Positions 24,209-37,723 of a DNA stretch of 64,000 nucleotides are shown piece by piece (the stretch's first letter is position 1; the number at the start of each line of letters is the position of its first letter). Location of the stretch: positions 264,802,001 to 264,866,000 of the forward strand of contig OZ024742.1 in assembly GCA_964016885.1 (NCBI GenBank). Direction: 5' to 3'. Position numbers and translations under genes: made by a program. The notes beneath the pieces were generated by a model. It was not told the origin of the DNA, did not search any database, and saw only the letters and a list, made by a program, of their open reading frames with translations. Origin of the DNA: Eledone cirrhosa (lineage: Eukaryota).

Positions 24209-26396
24209 ATCATCATCATCATCATCATTTTACATCCGCTTTTCCCTGCTTGCGAGGGTTGGACGGGTCCTATTCAGCACAGCATCTCTGCACTTCTCAC
24301 GGTCCTTCGTCATCTCCTCGGTGAGTTTCAGTGATCTGAGGTCTGCTCTCACCACCTCCGCCCATGTTTTTCGTGGTCTACCTCTACTGCATCTTCCTTC
24401 TACTTGGATTTCTTGGCACTTCTTTACCCAGCGGTCATCCTCCATGCACATCAAATGTCCATACCATCTCAGTCTTCTCTCCTGCACACCACAACTTATC
24501 CCTCTTATACCCAGTTTCTTTCTCAACTCGTCTATGCTTGGTCATTCACGCACATTGACATTGCACATCCAACAGAGCATACTTGCTTCATTTCTCTCCA
24601 GCCGTCGCATATCTTCTGCAGTTGCTGCCCATGTCTCACTACCATGCAGCATCGCGTATCTCACACAGGCATCATATAACCGTCTTTTCGAATTCAGGGA
24701 GAAACCCTTCTTTGTCAACAGAGGAAGCAGCTCTCTAAACTTCTTCCAACCCGTCCTTATTCTAGATACTATGCCCTCGGAACACCCCCTCCCATGCTAA
24801 TCTGATCACCTAGGTACCGGAAGCTATCAACCACTTCTATAGAACCTACCTGCATTGCAAAAATATGTCTATCATTGCGATTATTATTGCCAACTTTCCC
24901 TGTACATCTACTACATATGTATTTCTCCCTACCTGTTAGTTTGCCTGCTATCCCACTACATCTCTTGTGTACCCAAGATCTGCATTGCGTACATTTTATG
25001 GAATTTATGCCAGTTCCTTTCCTACATATCGAACATGGCCATTTCCCCGATGGAATCAGAGTATTGTTCTCTCTTCTACTTATCAACACTTTTGTCTTAG
25101 CTAGGTTCACTCTCAGTCCTCTTGCTTCCAACTGCTGTTTCCATAGCCAGAATTTATTCTCTAGCTCCTCTACTGATTCTGCTATAAGAACCAGATCATC
25201 AGCATAGAGAAGTTCCCATGGGCAGCCAGTCTTAAACTCTCCTCTGTTATGGCTTGGAGGACTATAATGAACAAGAACGGACTGAGGATCAAACCCTGAT
25301 GCACACCTACTTGTATCTGGAATTCCTCTCTAAACTCCATTCCTATTCTCACTTTACTACAGAACACCTGTACATAGCTTGCACTGTCCTCACAAGCCAT
25401 TCCTCTACACCTAGTTTCCTTAGGGACCACCAGATGACTGATCGGGGTACCCTATCAAAGGCCTTCTCTAGGTCAACAAAAGCTAAGTATAGTAACTTAT
25501 TCTTCTCTAAGAACCTCTCTTGTAGTTGCCTCACTAAGAAGAGAGCATCTGTTGTACTTTTCAGAGGCACAAAATCAAACTGCATCTCATCTAATTTGAC
25601 CCTTTCTCTAATCAGTTGCGCTAATATTCTCTCTGCCATTTTCATAACCTGATCCATCAGCTTTATGCCCCTATAATTGCTCCTCTCTAGAGCCTCCCCT
25701 TTACCTTTGTAGCAATTTATGAGAATACTGCTGCACCAGTTTTGGGGTATGACACCACCATATATAGCTTGATTACTGATGCATGGAACCAGTTTAGTGC
25801 CTACTTCTCTTGATGCCTTCAGCATCTCAGCAACTATCCCCGATGGTCCAGCAGCCTTATCATTCTTCATTTCCTTAATTGCCTCTTGTACCCTATATTC
25901 GTCAATCTCAATAGCTGGTCCCTCTGTCGGGTCTACTGGGGGTAATTTCTCTCTGTCTCATTCGTTCTCCACATTCATCAGTCTCTCATAATGACATTTC
26001 TAGGCCTCCTTTTTTTGATCATTCGTGACACTAAGTACACCGGCATCATTCTGGACACACTTATCTCTGACAACATTCTGATTTGTACTGACACACTGCC
26101 TTGCAATGCGGAACACTGCACATTCCTGATCTTCCCGCCGCAGAACATTGGCAAATCTCTTATTCTCAGCCTCCCTGCGTGCTAAGTACACCTGACGTCT
26201 AGCTTCTCTCTTAGCAGCTGTGTATCCTTCTCTATTCCCACTGTTTTTCTAAACCTTCCATGCCAGTCTTTTGTCTCTAATGGCCCTATCTACCATGCTG
26301 TTCCACCACCAGGTCACTCTCTGTCTGGTTGAAGCTCTGCCCAACCACAAGTTTCATCAGTAGCCTGCAGTAAGTTGTCACGCAAGAAATTCCAGT
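24209..26396 (-). mobile_element. RTE-clade LINE (second subfamily, very short 3' UTR), 5'-truncated, several frameshifts
   Basis: ORFs 26000-26191, 25349-25870, 25182-25430, 24769-25131 and 24230-24526 form a colinear RT with intact C4HC3 finger; (TGA)n tail; (TA)n flanks. Confidence 0.92.
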
Positions 26397-27439
26397 TATA
26401 TATAAGTTTAACATGTTGAAGTTTCACATGAATTTCTTTTTTTATCGACCAGTTAACATACATTTCACAGATTTTTGGCTCAGGATCCATATTTGTGTTA
26501 TAGAACCAACTCTAACATCAAGCTGTTCATTAGATTTGTTAATCAAGATAAAAAAAAATTTCAAGTGTACTTGATGAGGATTGACCTGAAGCTAAACAAC
26601 AACTTCAGTAGCACCTCATACAACCATATACAACCCAAAGCATATCACCATTACAAGCCTGCATCACCACTAACAAAAATACAATAGCACAGTGACGAAT
26701 TAAATAAACAAAACTCCTTAACAAAATAAAGTCTATCTCAGCTGATTAAAAGTTGAATAACATATGTTATGTTAAAGGTAAGGTGACATGCTGATCAACA
26801 TCATAGGCTTCTTCTTCTTCATCATCATCATCATCATCATTTTTTTCATGCATGACTCCTACCCTCACCTAGAATCACCTGTTGCCATTTTATCTTTTCC
26901 ATGTCCCCACCCCCACTACCATCGCTTATTCCTACATAGCAGCAATGCCTGTTTCCTCCTCTAATGATGTCGAGAAGGATTCAGTCTGCATTTAACATGT
27001 TTGGATGTTTATGTTGCAGATATCACTTTTAGATGTGGTAGGTCCTGGCTTCCTCTCTACCTCCTACTTAACAACTAGTGAGTTAGCTCCAGAATCCCTC
27101 TTTACCTCATACACATTTAACAGCAGGACTGTAATTCATTGGTAGGGGTAATAGATCTAACATTCCTCTCTACCCCGCCCATTCTTAAAAAAGCATGACC
27201 ATCACTCATTGACTGCCATAGTTACATTAAAAAAACTAGAAAGTCTTGTGGACATATGGCAATCTATTTCACTGGAGATATAGCCAATTAAATAAACCTT
27301 AGTATATTACTGGTAGGTATTTTTTAAAGCATGAAGTAAGATAGGATGAATTCAACTTTAACTGACAGTATTTAAACAGAAATATGAAGAAATTAAATTA
27401 TATATTGCAAAACATCTACTTAAGCACCATAAAATTCTT

Positions 27440-27645
27440 TGTAACATTGTCACAAGACCAGCAATTTGAGGCAAAGGAAATAGTGAATTATATTGACCTA
27501 TTACTTAACTAGTATTTTAGTTTATCGATCCTGAAAGGATGAACAGCAAAGTTGACCTCAGCAGGATTTAAACTTAGAACATAGAAAGTTATAACTAAAT
27601 AAAACATTTTGTCTGATGCTCTACCGATACTGACAATCCACTGCC
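27440..27645 (-). mobile_element. SINE family B, older variant
   Basis: TTTATCGATCCTGAAAGGATGAACAGCAAAGTTGACCTCAGCAGGATTTAAACT is the reverse complement of the family B core. Confidence 0.7.
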
Positions 27646-29312
27646 TAAATTTCCACATGTTGATAATAATTGTTTCAGTTATTTCCCAACAGGGTCAACT
27701 TAAGCAAATACATCATGTTACAAAAAGAGTTTACAATACTTGGAGGAGATACAAATACTGTTTTTAGGGCAAGGACATTACGCAATATATTAATGTGTGA
27801 CAAACATTTTTAAATGACACAAAATGATTAGATGATTATATGATTTAAAAATATATAATTTAAGGAAACAAGAAAAATAATAGAGCAATCCACCCACACA
27901 TGGTTGAGAAACTACCATCTATGTTGGGCCAAAGCACCTTATAAATCCAACTGCAATCTACTTCTCATATTTAGATCTGGTATATCTAAAGTGCCTGTGA
28001 GCATTTTATTGCTATTTTACAGTTCTATATGAGCAAGACATGGTCACCTGACCTGGCATTACCCACAAAAGGACAACCCATCTAACCTATGCTAGCGTGG
28101 AAGAATGGATATAAAACGTTGATGATGATCACCAAGCTGCGAATGGCTCTACATGTTCTGGATCACGACTCATCAGATGTTCAGAAACTCCAGCATGGTC
28201 TTTACAAAAAGCTTTTACTTGTCTTCTGTCTTAGATCCAATTAATATATTAACTGGATTTTTATCCTCCAAGTTTGGTATTAAATTTCTTATATAAATAT
28301 TTTCCTTTTACATCACTGTAATGTTGAGGGCTTATGGGGTAGGCTCATCTTCTTACATATCCCATGCCTTCTGCTTAGGCTCTCTTTTTACCTCTTATTT
28401 TTTCTCCCATTCAGGTCATCCCACTTTTGTTAGATGATGGCATGGGGCTTGGTTTCTTGGAGTTCAACTTCTGGTTGGTTGGCTCTTGGCATAGAAGACA
28501 AAGCAATCTTTTCTATTGTTTCCCAAGTTGATGTTACTGATTCAGTAACATTCTGAGGGAATCATCTTCTGATGTTACAGTCTCTGCTGCTCTCTTCTCC
28601 CAGTCTTTCAATGCCATATGAGCAAAAATCTCTCAAGTCACCCTTGCTGCCACATCTGTACCATCTAGACAGCCAGTTTCATGTTTCTTTTTGTTTTTGT
28701 TTTTAATTTCCATGACAGGGTACAACTCCAGATTAACTTTGTGAGCTTTGGGCACTATTATGATTTGCATTTCTATGCAAACCCCGCTCAATCACACATT
28801 GTTCCTGGTTAACTTATTGCTTACTATCTGTCCATACTACCTTCAAAATGGAATGACTATGCAAACGCTATCCAATCACATATTGTTTCTGATTAATTTA
28901 GTTGTTACCACATGCCTATGCCACAAAGGATAATAAACCAAGTGTCAGTGTCATCACTATCCTTTACCATCACTCTTGTATTGCTCCACTCCAAGTACTG
29001 TAGTATGAACCTTAAGGTCAGTGTGTAATGCACCAGCTCAGCCTAATTGTTTGTTTTACCATTCTAAATATATTTTACTTTTCCTGTATCATTTAATAAG
29101 TAGGGGACTGAATCAAGACTGTACCCTCCTTTGCCATGTACCTCTTCTCCACTAAGCAATTCATACCTAGAGCCTACCTGTAGGAGGCTGTGTTAGTGAA
29201 AGATGAACTGGGATTATCTTATCACTCAGAATAATTAGCTCACTCATTCTTTGGCAAAATTTATGTTTATGTTGTTTTTTATTATTGTTTTTGTGTTGTT
29301 TAAATTGTTCAA

Positions 29313-29427
29313 AATAATTGTTTCTACTTTTGGCAGAAGGCCAGCAATTATCCCAGTGCATTACTGGTACTTTATTTTATCAACATCGTACGGATGAAAG
29401 GCAAAGTTAACCTCAGCAGGATTTCAA
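29313..29427 (-). mobile_element. SINE family B 3' half
   Basis: Near-identical to 46871-46985. Confidence 0.75.
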
Positions 29428-31840
29428 AATAATGATGTTACTTTCCACCAGAAAATCATTCTTTTTTTCTGTTGTAAAATACATATATTCAACTGAGAAA
29501 TAAGTTTGTTTTCTTTTTTGTTTCCTGTATGTAAAAATGTTGTTTCTTTCTTGATTTAGTAGGGATTTTTGGAAGCTATGCTTTTAATCTATGAGTGAAA
29601 GAACATTTTTTTGTTTTAGAGATTAAAGTTGTTTTTATTTTGTTTTGTGTTTTTTGTTTGTTTGGTGGTGGTGATGGGGAGGGTTGCTTTCACATATTTA
29701 TTTTTCTCTACAAAACGCTTCTTTCGAGATATTTGTATAGCTATCAAGTGCACTGTAACCAGTTTGATAGATGAAAACAGTGATGAAATTAAAGGCTCAG
29801 ATGTTCCCATTAAGTTGTTTATCTCTCAAGAAATCTCCGTAAAGGAGATTAAATGAATAAACATGGATTTTGAAAAGATCATTGTTTTTAATATGTCCAT
29901 ATTAAATATTTTGTTCCATTATATATGTGTATGTCTACGAGTGCATGTATGTGTGTATATAGAGAGTGTGGATGTTATGTATATTTTGTGTTTCTAGTTA
30001 GTGTATAGTATATGTGTGCATGTTATGTTTATGAAAGTGAAGTCTGTAAGATGTCAGCCTAGAAAGTATTTCTCTGTGTGTCTGTGCAAGTACAAAGTGT
30101 TGTCTCATTATATTAAATAAGTGTATTGGTGTCTATGTTACTGTTTGTGTATGTGTTTGTCTTTGTGCATCTGTTAAAGAATATTGATGGTAGTTGTTAT
30201 GTAGTTGATTTTCAGAAGTGGTAGCTATCGTAGCACTAATGGCGGCGATGACTGTGGTTGAAAAGTGATAGAAGATTACTCATGTTTGAAAACTGGTGGG
30301 AGTGGAAGGACTCCAGGAGATTCAGATTAAAATGTTTTTATTCTTTATAGAATTGTTTCTTCATCTCTCTTTATTCCTCTCTCACCCACTCTTTTTAAGT
30401 TTACAGTTGCTTTTTATTATCCTTATATATGATTGCTGTTGTTGTTGTCATTTTCAATTGTATTTAGTTCCCAGAATGAAAGTGGTCTTAAAGCCAAATT
30501 CTCATTAAATCAGTTTGCCATTTAAACTGTATAGATGTGTAACTGTGACATAGTACAATGACCTCCAATTTGGTCAATAGGAAGGCTGATTCAGTATCAG
30601 ATTACTGAGATTAACATGTAACCAAGAGATAGCATGCTATTAAAAGGGGTTCCTTGCAGTCCTGCTTTAAATATTATCCAAGTAAAATTACTAATGTTAA
30701 TTTTATTAATGCCTTCTCTCTCAGAAAAGACTAAAAGCTTAAGTTAAATTCAGAATGATTAGAACACAACATTTGTATTAATCATCATCATCATCATCAT
30801 CATCATCGTTTTATGCCTGCTTTTCCATGCTTGCATGGGCTGGTTGAATCCAGCACAGCCTCCCTTCATTGGTTGTGGTCCTTCATCTCTCCTCTGTGAG
30901 CATCAGCAACCTCTATCCAGGTATTTCTTGGTGTTGGTTATACTAAAGAGACTATCCATAAGGAAAGACAATGTCTAGGACTTTCCTAAGTCTTTCTAGA
31001 CTGGAAAATATTGATAAATTAATAAATACTAATGTGGCTAATATTCAGTTTCAATTGTGCTTTTGTAATTGAGGCAAAGGTATGGCAGAAGAGGAATACC
31101 ATAAATAGAGAGAGTTTTGCAGAATATTTAGTATGAAGAGTAAGAAGAAATGTGTACATCAAATAACAGAGTCTGTCTGTGTAACAACAGAAAGACAGAA
31201 CAAGGTCACATAGTCATCATCATAATTTTTAGATCCATTTTTTCCATATTTGCATGGGTTGGAGAGGAACTCTTTTCTCGAAGAATCTTTTGTTTTTGTT
31301 TTGTGTATTTTTTTCTCAATAATTACCTGGTCTCTGGAAATTAACAGTGAATAAAATGATGCAGTCTAGAATGTCCATGCATACTAGATGTATTCTCATG
31401 TGTGACAAGTACTTGCATGTAGGCTATTTTTATTACTGCATCAACAACATTTTGGAATTGAAATAATTTTGGACTCTGTGAAGAATGCATATTTATGCTC
31501 CAGTCTTGGATAAGTGATATTTGAGTGGTCACTATAAAAGTTTATCAGAGATGCTAAGAACTATATTCATTATTCTTTTTTTTCTCTATAACCAATACTG
31601 TTATTGAGATATGCAACCAGAGAACACTGTTGACTATCTCAGTGATAGTATATGTGGGTATATTGTATATTTGTTTATAATTATCTATTTTAGACAAGGT
31701 ACACCATATCCTACATGTCGTAAGAAGCAACTAAGAGGGTTGGTACCAGGAAGGGCATCCAGCTATAAAACATTGCAACAAAGTGTTCCCTCCAACCCAT
31801 GTCAGCATGGGAAAATTGATGTAAACACGGGTGGTTTTTT

Positions 31841-31933
31841 TCTTCTTCTTCTTCTTCTTCTTCTTCTTCTTCTTCTTCTTCTTCTTCTCCATCGTCATCG
31901 TCATCGTCAACATCATCATCATCATCATCATCA
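31841..31933. repeat. (CTT)n and (CAT)n microsatellites
   Basis: Direct reading. Confidence 0.95.
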
Positions 31934-32094
31934 TATAAAAGTATATTTTTCTTATAAGTGTACAATATGGATATTGATGGTTAAGTAAATGGTTCAGACA
32001 ACTAGCTAAAGGTTTAATGGTGTGATTTTGTCATTGACATTGTGTTATGTCTGAGTCTTTACACAGATTTTAAAAACTGAATTTATCTAGCTTG

Positions 32095-32292
32095 AAGTTG
32101 TTTAACCTCAAATCAACCCTGATCGAGCAGACCTGATCAAAAACATTCCAAGTATAACCATCCAATCATTTTAAGGAGTATATAGGTGACAATGTTATAT
32201 AATGGATTCAGTCATTATATAGAATGTGATTTGAAGGAAACTTTGTTGTTATTTCTAGCAGATTGAGTAACCATGCATAAGCTCCCTCATTG
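32095..32292 (-). mobile_element. Old SINE-like repeat (family D)
   Basis: CTGATCGAGCAGACC..ATCAAAAACATTCCA and TTATTTCTAGCAG..GAGTAACC motifs recur in opposite orientation at ~39740-39945, ~45265-45430 and ~50040-50300, two of which end in (CAA)n. Confidence 0.45.
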
Positions 32293-32819
32293 TCCTTGTT
32301 AAGTACCAGCAACACAGTAGAATTGCTTGGCATATCTTGTCCTGTAGTACCGAGTACAATTACTCCCACTAGAAGAACACCCTATCCTATCCAGAGGGAG
32401 ATTTATTTCTCATATACTAAAATCTATTATAATCAAAATTAAGCACCAACCACAGAGCTCTTTATAATTCAGAACATAATATTACTTTACTTTAGTGGTA
32501 AGTTGTAATCAATGTAGCTTGCTTTATTATCATTTGTTTGTTTCTTGATGTACTAAAGTTTTGGAATATCAATCTTCCTTACTCAATGCTATTATCAATA
32601 TTTTGAGGTGCCATCTAGATTAGCATGACAATAGTCAACTTAGTTTCGAATTAACAAAAGAGAGCTGGTTCATTGGACACTATCAAATGTTCAAATTGAT
32701 CTTTAGTATTAAAAATTAACCATATTATCCCAGTGTATCATTTGATTAGCATCTTTTGTTTAGATTTGTATTTCAAAATTGATTGTAATAAATCTTCTAA
32801 TTTTGCAAGACATTGGTAA

Positions 32820-33110
32820 AGGTGGGTGGTCTAGTGGTTAGGATATTGTGGCTACAATGATAAGGTTGCAGATTCAATTCTCATGCTAAGTGACATGCAG
32901 TATCCTTGAGCAAAGTACTTTATTTTATATTACTTCAGTTCTTTCAGCTGAAAATGAGTATCAACAGCAGTTGGAAGTTAATCCTCAACAAATTGGTTGC
33001 CTGACCAGGAGAAAGTCTTGTAATCCAATTGCTTTATGCCCATGAAACCAGAATAACCTTCAGGCTTCATCCAACCAGTGCAAGCATAGAAAAATGGACA
33101 TAAAATGATA
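32820..33110 (+). mobile_element. Degenerate family A-like SINE
   Basis: GGTGGTCTAGTGGTTAGG, GATTCAATTCTC, TCCTTGAGCAAAGTACTTTATTTT and RTE-like tail GCAAGCATAGAAAAATGGACATAAAATGAT. Confidence 0.6.
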
Positions 33111-33171
33111 ACATTAACTCTTACATTCTATAACAGTGGTTCTCTGAGCCCACCAACGTTTGATGTAAAAT

Positions 33172-33776
33172 GTTCTTCTTATTCTTCTACATGTCCATTA
33201 CAAAGTTCCTCCTCCAGGTCACTCTCTCCAGCTTTGCTGCCTGAACTTCCCTTGCCTCCAACCCAGTGACATCTTCAAGAACATCCTTCAGTGTTATGTT
33301 TGATCTCTCAACTTGACTGCATACATCTACTTTCCAGAGAAGAACTTTGCCAACAGGTTCATTATGATGTTTCACATGTCTGGCTAATGCAAGCCTCCAT
33401 TGCTGTAAGTCAGGAAGGCTAGGATGTGAATTGTAGAGTGATTTATTTGTTACGTGTGTTTTCTAGGAGATGCTCTGGACTTTTCTCAACATTGGAGTGA
33501 ATGAGCCATTAATCCTCTTTGTGAGTGTTTTAGTTAATGTCCATGACTCATATCCATAGAAGAGAATGTACTCAATCATTGCTTTGAATAGCCTCATTTT
33601 CATTGTTTTCTTAATCAGAGATACTCACACCTTCAATAGAGAGTTGAGAGCCTCCCCTCCTCTTCAAGCCTTGCATATCCTGGTGTCCACTTCATGCTCT
33701 GTGTTCATAAAACTGCCAAGCTATGAGAAGTTATTGACTTCTTTAATCTCCAAACTGTCTAGCGCATGCACTAGAT
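33172..33776 (-). mobile_element. RTE-like LINE C-terminal fragment interrupted by a hAT MITE
   Basis: Reverse translation EVNNFS*LGSF..TRICKA*..MRLFKAMIEYILFYGYESWTLTKTLTKRINGSFTPMLRKV..HVTNKSLY; GAA-rich tail. Confidence 0.7.
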
Positions 33777-34053
33777 TAGGCATGGGCAACCTTTTTCAAG
33801 AAGTGAGCTGCACAAGATATGGCTCATCATCAGGTGGGCCGCAAGTGCTAATTTACATTCATGCCCACATTTAAAAAAGGGCAGTAACTCAGGTTGTTTT
33901 GATTTGTTTATTCAGAATTCATACACGTTGTTTTCCTCGATCGTAAAAATGATAGAAAGATATATTATGACTAAAAAAATCAGAAAGATTTCACTTAGGA
34001 GACTTAGGCGAGCCATTCAGAAAGTTTCGCGGGCCGCAGGTTGCCCATGACTG
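33777..34053. mobile_element. hAT (Charlie/Buster-type) MITE, 277 bp
   Basis: TIRs TAGGCATGGGCAACCT / AGGTTGCCCATGACTG; perfect 8-bp TSD CACTAGAT at 33769-33776 and 34054-34061 with central TA. Confidence 0.92.
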
Positions 34054-34392
34054 CACTAGATGATAAAATGTTAACTCTCTATAAAAAAAAGTTACTGTTG
34101 ATCTCCCATTGTTAGATTTATAATACATAGCCTCAATTTTTATACTATTATTTTATTGAAATGTATAATTTAAACTAGTCTTTGAAGCAGATTTTAAAGT
34201 AAAATTATTTTACACCTCTAAATTATTTCACATAACCCTTTGTGTATCTGCTTTTATCTTCTACAGAAAACTCCCAGATCAATAGAGACCAGTGGTGTTA
34301 TTAACTGTGATTGTTGTTGTTATTTGTTTCTACTTTGTTTTATATTATGTGTTGACCTTTTGTTGCAGACGCATGGTTAACCAGCATAGGGT

Positions 34393-34610
34393 TTCTCGCA
34401 TAGGCACAAAGTCAGAAATTTGTCAGGAAGAGCTAGTAGTTTAAATCAACCTTATTTGATTTGTATTTGATTTGTACTTTATTTTATTGACCTCAGAAGG
34501 ATGAAAGGCAAAGTTATCTTCAGTGGAATTTGCATTTAGATCATAAAGCCCAAAAAGCTAAATTGCTACAAGGCATTTTGTCCAATGGTGTTCCGATTGT
34601 ATTAGTTCAC
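34393..34610 (-). mobile_element. SINE family B, degenerate
   Basis: GTACTTTTATTTTATTGACCTCAGAAGGATGAAAGGCAAAGTT core. Confidence 0.65.
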
Positions 34611-36829
34611 ACTCTGGTCTACAGAATAATGAATTCTTTTATTGGCCACTGGGGCTGAAAGCCTGCAGAATCATGATAGTGTTTCTATGTCCAATATAAC
34701 ATATTCACCATGATGACAGTCCTAACTATAAAGTAGTATTAATTTTATATTGCCAAAACTACAAAACACAAATCAACAATCTCTTTAATAGTAATAAGCC
34801 ACTGCTAATAAGCAGTGAACAGACTCCAAATAATCAATGCGATAAATACATTAAATGACTATCATGAGAGATATCATTCAATGGAAAAAAGAGATGCAGT
34901 AAATGAACTTCTTGATTTGATTAATTGATTTGTTGTTAATTTCTAATGCTAAGAACTATTCAAACACATTGCATCCAAATGATGTTATAAGGACCAAGAG
35001 AAACTACCATAGCTGTATATGATTTATCTCTTGTGTGACTATATTACTAAGGAAATACACTCTGTTTCAATTGATTAAGGAAAACCTTTGGGGTATTTAC
35101 TAAAGTGATTAATTATTTCATTACTATGATAATAACTAAATGTATATTTCTTATATAAAATTATGCTGGAAGATATTAATTTAAATAGGAAACTTTTTAA
35201 TGGGTTGTTCTGTTCCATAGAACCAAAGGCCGTTTTGTATGGATTGGTATCAAAATGTTAATATGTTACACAACTGAACATAAAATATTGTATGAAATAT
35301 ACCCAGTGCACTCAGAAGTGTGTAGCAGCATATATAAAAAACAGGTCCGCTGATCCATTGGAGAAGTCAGTAGTTCTAATTAAGTACTGACTCGGTCTGT
35401 GATGAACTGTCCAACCATTTACTATCAGGGAAAATAGATGTTAAATGAGGATAATGATGACGATGAAACTGAAAGTATGAATGAAAATAGCTATATGTCA
35501 ATTAAAAGTCATTGCCATGTGTTTAAGTGTGTTGTTCTTTTGTTTTGTGTCAAGTCAAAGGTGTTGTGACCATCTCATCAATGACCATCTCATCACATTA
35601 TCCAATGTATCCTTTCTTTACTTAAGATAGTAGAGTGTTATTTGGGGGAATTTTACTTGCTAACTTTAGAAGGTTGAGCAACAATGTAGAATCAATCTTA
35701 TTGGTACATTCGAGTGTGTATGTGGTGAGGGCCATAAAGTCAGAAGTATCATCATCATCCTATTTGTCCTGCTAGCAAGAGTTGAAAGTAAATTCTTAAC
35801 AAATCTGCAACTTAGATTCAGTGCCCAGTAAGTGTCATCTAATTCCCTTTTAGTCCAAATGCCCTTGGAAAAAGCTGATTTGGCTTTCTGAATTTATGAC
35901 AAACTTGTGTGTGTGTGTAATATTTTTCTATGTATCTACTGGTCTTTTATTTAATCTAGTTATCACCATTACTGTCACTATTATAAGAACTATTACCATT
36001 ACCAAGCATTCTCATCATCACTGCTATTACCACTAACTCTATTAACTATATTTTTACCTTTACTCCGATGACAATCATGATAATAAGATCAACTCTTATG
36101 TCACATTCTTCTCAACAAAACACCCTCTATCTTGTATATTGATATAACACTAAGTATTTCACAAAATTGAACTCTTATAACAATATGCCAATATGCATGT
36201 AGAATATGCCACTACTGAAATCATCACAATTCTTACAACTATTATCATAGCCCCTACCAATATGCTTACAATTACTCTTAAGCTGACCAATACCATAATC
36301 CCCATATTACTATCATAACCACTAACTGTGCTACCATCACCACCATTGTAGTTGCTATCATTAACCCTTTTGATACCAAATTGCTTGCAACTGCCTTGGA
36401 TTTAGGATATAAAACTAAGCGTTTAACAAATGTTCATCCCTATATTAAAACCTTCCATTGTAATTATATTTTAGATACTTTTATAAAATTCTAAATAACA
36501 GGTTACTAATGAAAAACATTCACCATCACCACTGACTGACTGATCTCTTCAATGGTATAAACAGAAATGTGGGAGATAGAGGTAATTCCAGATAAGATGG
36601 ATTTCTAATAAAATGCAAAAGTGAGTGACACTCAAGTTTGTGGTGTTGCTGGCATCTAGCTACCATAACTTTTCCATAGCTACTACTTGATATCAATTCT
36701 CTGACACATTAACATTTGCTTCTGTACAAACACCATTATGTACAAACACCCATGTGTTTGTATTACATGTTGCCATTCTCTGTCAAAATCATAATATAAT
36801 AAAGGGAGTGCAGGACTGTGTCCTGAATA

Positions 36830-37050
36830 TATTTTTTCGTCCCGTTGGGAAAATAAGTTTGATTACTTTGAATAAATCATTAGCCATTGATTAAACATAA
36901 ATATTCGTATATATAATGATTGCTTATTTTAAGTTTCACTTCTTTAAACATTTTCAAATGTCAATACTTCCGGTTATGATATAACAGACGCTATATCACA
37001 TCGCTTATATAAACGTTCATATATTTGCATCATTATATCATAACGTTTAT
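36830..37050 (+). promoter_or_regulatory. Candidate promoter (local CpG retention, ETS-like and TATA-like motifs)
   Basis: Several CpGs in non-repeat DNA; ACTTCCGG 36966-36973; TATATAAA 37006-37013; just upstream of the candidate start exon. Confidence 0.3.
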
Positions 37051-37113
37051 ATTTCTGTTGCTAATTTTCTCCTTTCATTACATTTAACCTTAATGCAGTT
37101 TATATATAATATC

Positions 37114-37140
37114 ATGGATTACTTTACTGATTACAGAAGA
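37114..37140 (+). CDS. Candidate first coding exon (MDYFTDYRR)
   Basis: ATCATGG context; ends in phase 0 before a weak GTGTAA donor; phase-compatible with the microexon at 37440. Confidence 0.25.
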
Positions 37141-37439
37141 GTGTAACACAGTCTCTCTTCAATTTCTGTGCATATTTTATTTGATGTATCATATCTACAT
37201 GCATGTATATTTGCATATAATATCAGTATGCACACTACACATGCTAGCAGTATTCTTAATTTTTAACTTTCTCTCTCTACATATCTCTCTCTCTTCTTCC
37301 TGCTCTCTCTCTCTCTCTCTCTCTCTACATATCTCTCTCTCTCTCTCTCTTCTCCCTTCTCTCTCTCTATGATGGGAAACTAAATATATGTTCTGGCCCA
37401 TAGAACTTCTTTATGGCATACAATTTTTTTTATTTTTAG

Positions 37440-37449
37440 ATTGTTAAAG
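37440..37449 (+). CDS. Candidate 10-nt microexon (ATTGTTAAAG; IVK + first base of D)
   Basis: Strong poly-T acceptor TTTTTTTTATTTTTAG and AG|GTAGGC donor; supplies the phase-1 end needed by exon 37591. Confidence 0.4.
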
Positions 37450-37590
37450 GTAGGCATGATACTGGTAATGTTGGTAATAATAACTTCAGCAATAGTGATA
37501 AGGAGAGATCAACTACTCTCAGACATTTGTATTAAACCTTACACAGTTTTATCTATCATTTAACTTATGATTCACTTCTTTCACTTTCAG

Positions 37591-37723
37591 ACACATATTC
37601 AGTCCCTGGGGACTTACAGCCTCCTGCCTTGCAGGCTTCACCATCACTTGCCAGTGCATCAGCAAAGGGCAAGTGGGGAGCAGCCATGGAACAGACAAGG
37701 AAACGGAAAGGCTCCCTCATCGA
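37591..37723 (+). CDS. BMAL1: Coding exon of a probable BMAL1/CYCLE-like bHLH-PAS factor (N-terminal NLS region)
   Basis: Acceptor TTCTTTCACTTTCAG, donor GTAAGT; GC-richer than flanks; frame TYSVPGDLQPPALQASPSLASASAKGKWGAAMEQTRKRKGSLI(D); RKRKGS is the BMAL1 N-terminal NLS; internal GCCATGG (ATG 37686). bHLH not seen in the window, so the symbol is tentative. Confidence 0.6.

Noticed and set aside
28130-28910. Possible old LINE endonuclease fragment with an imperfect ~55-bp duplication (28771/28858)
   Set aside because: Too decayed to assign a family or boundaries by eye.
34250-34375. Acceptor-like sites (CTTCTACAG, TTTTGTTGCAG) as upstream exons
   Set aside because: No convincing donor or compatible open frame.
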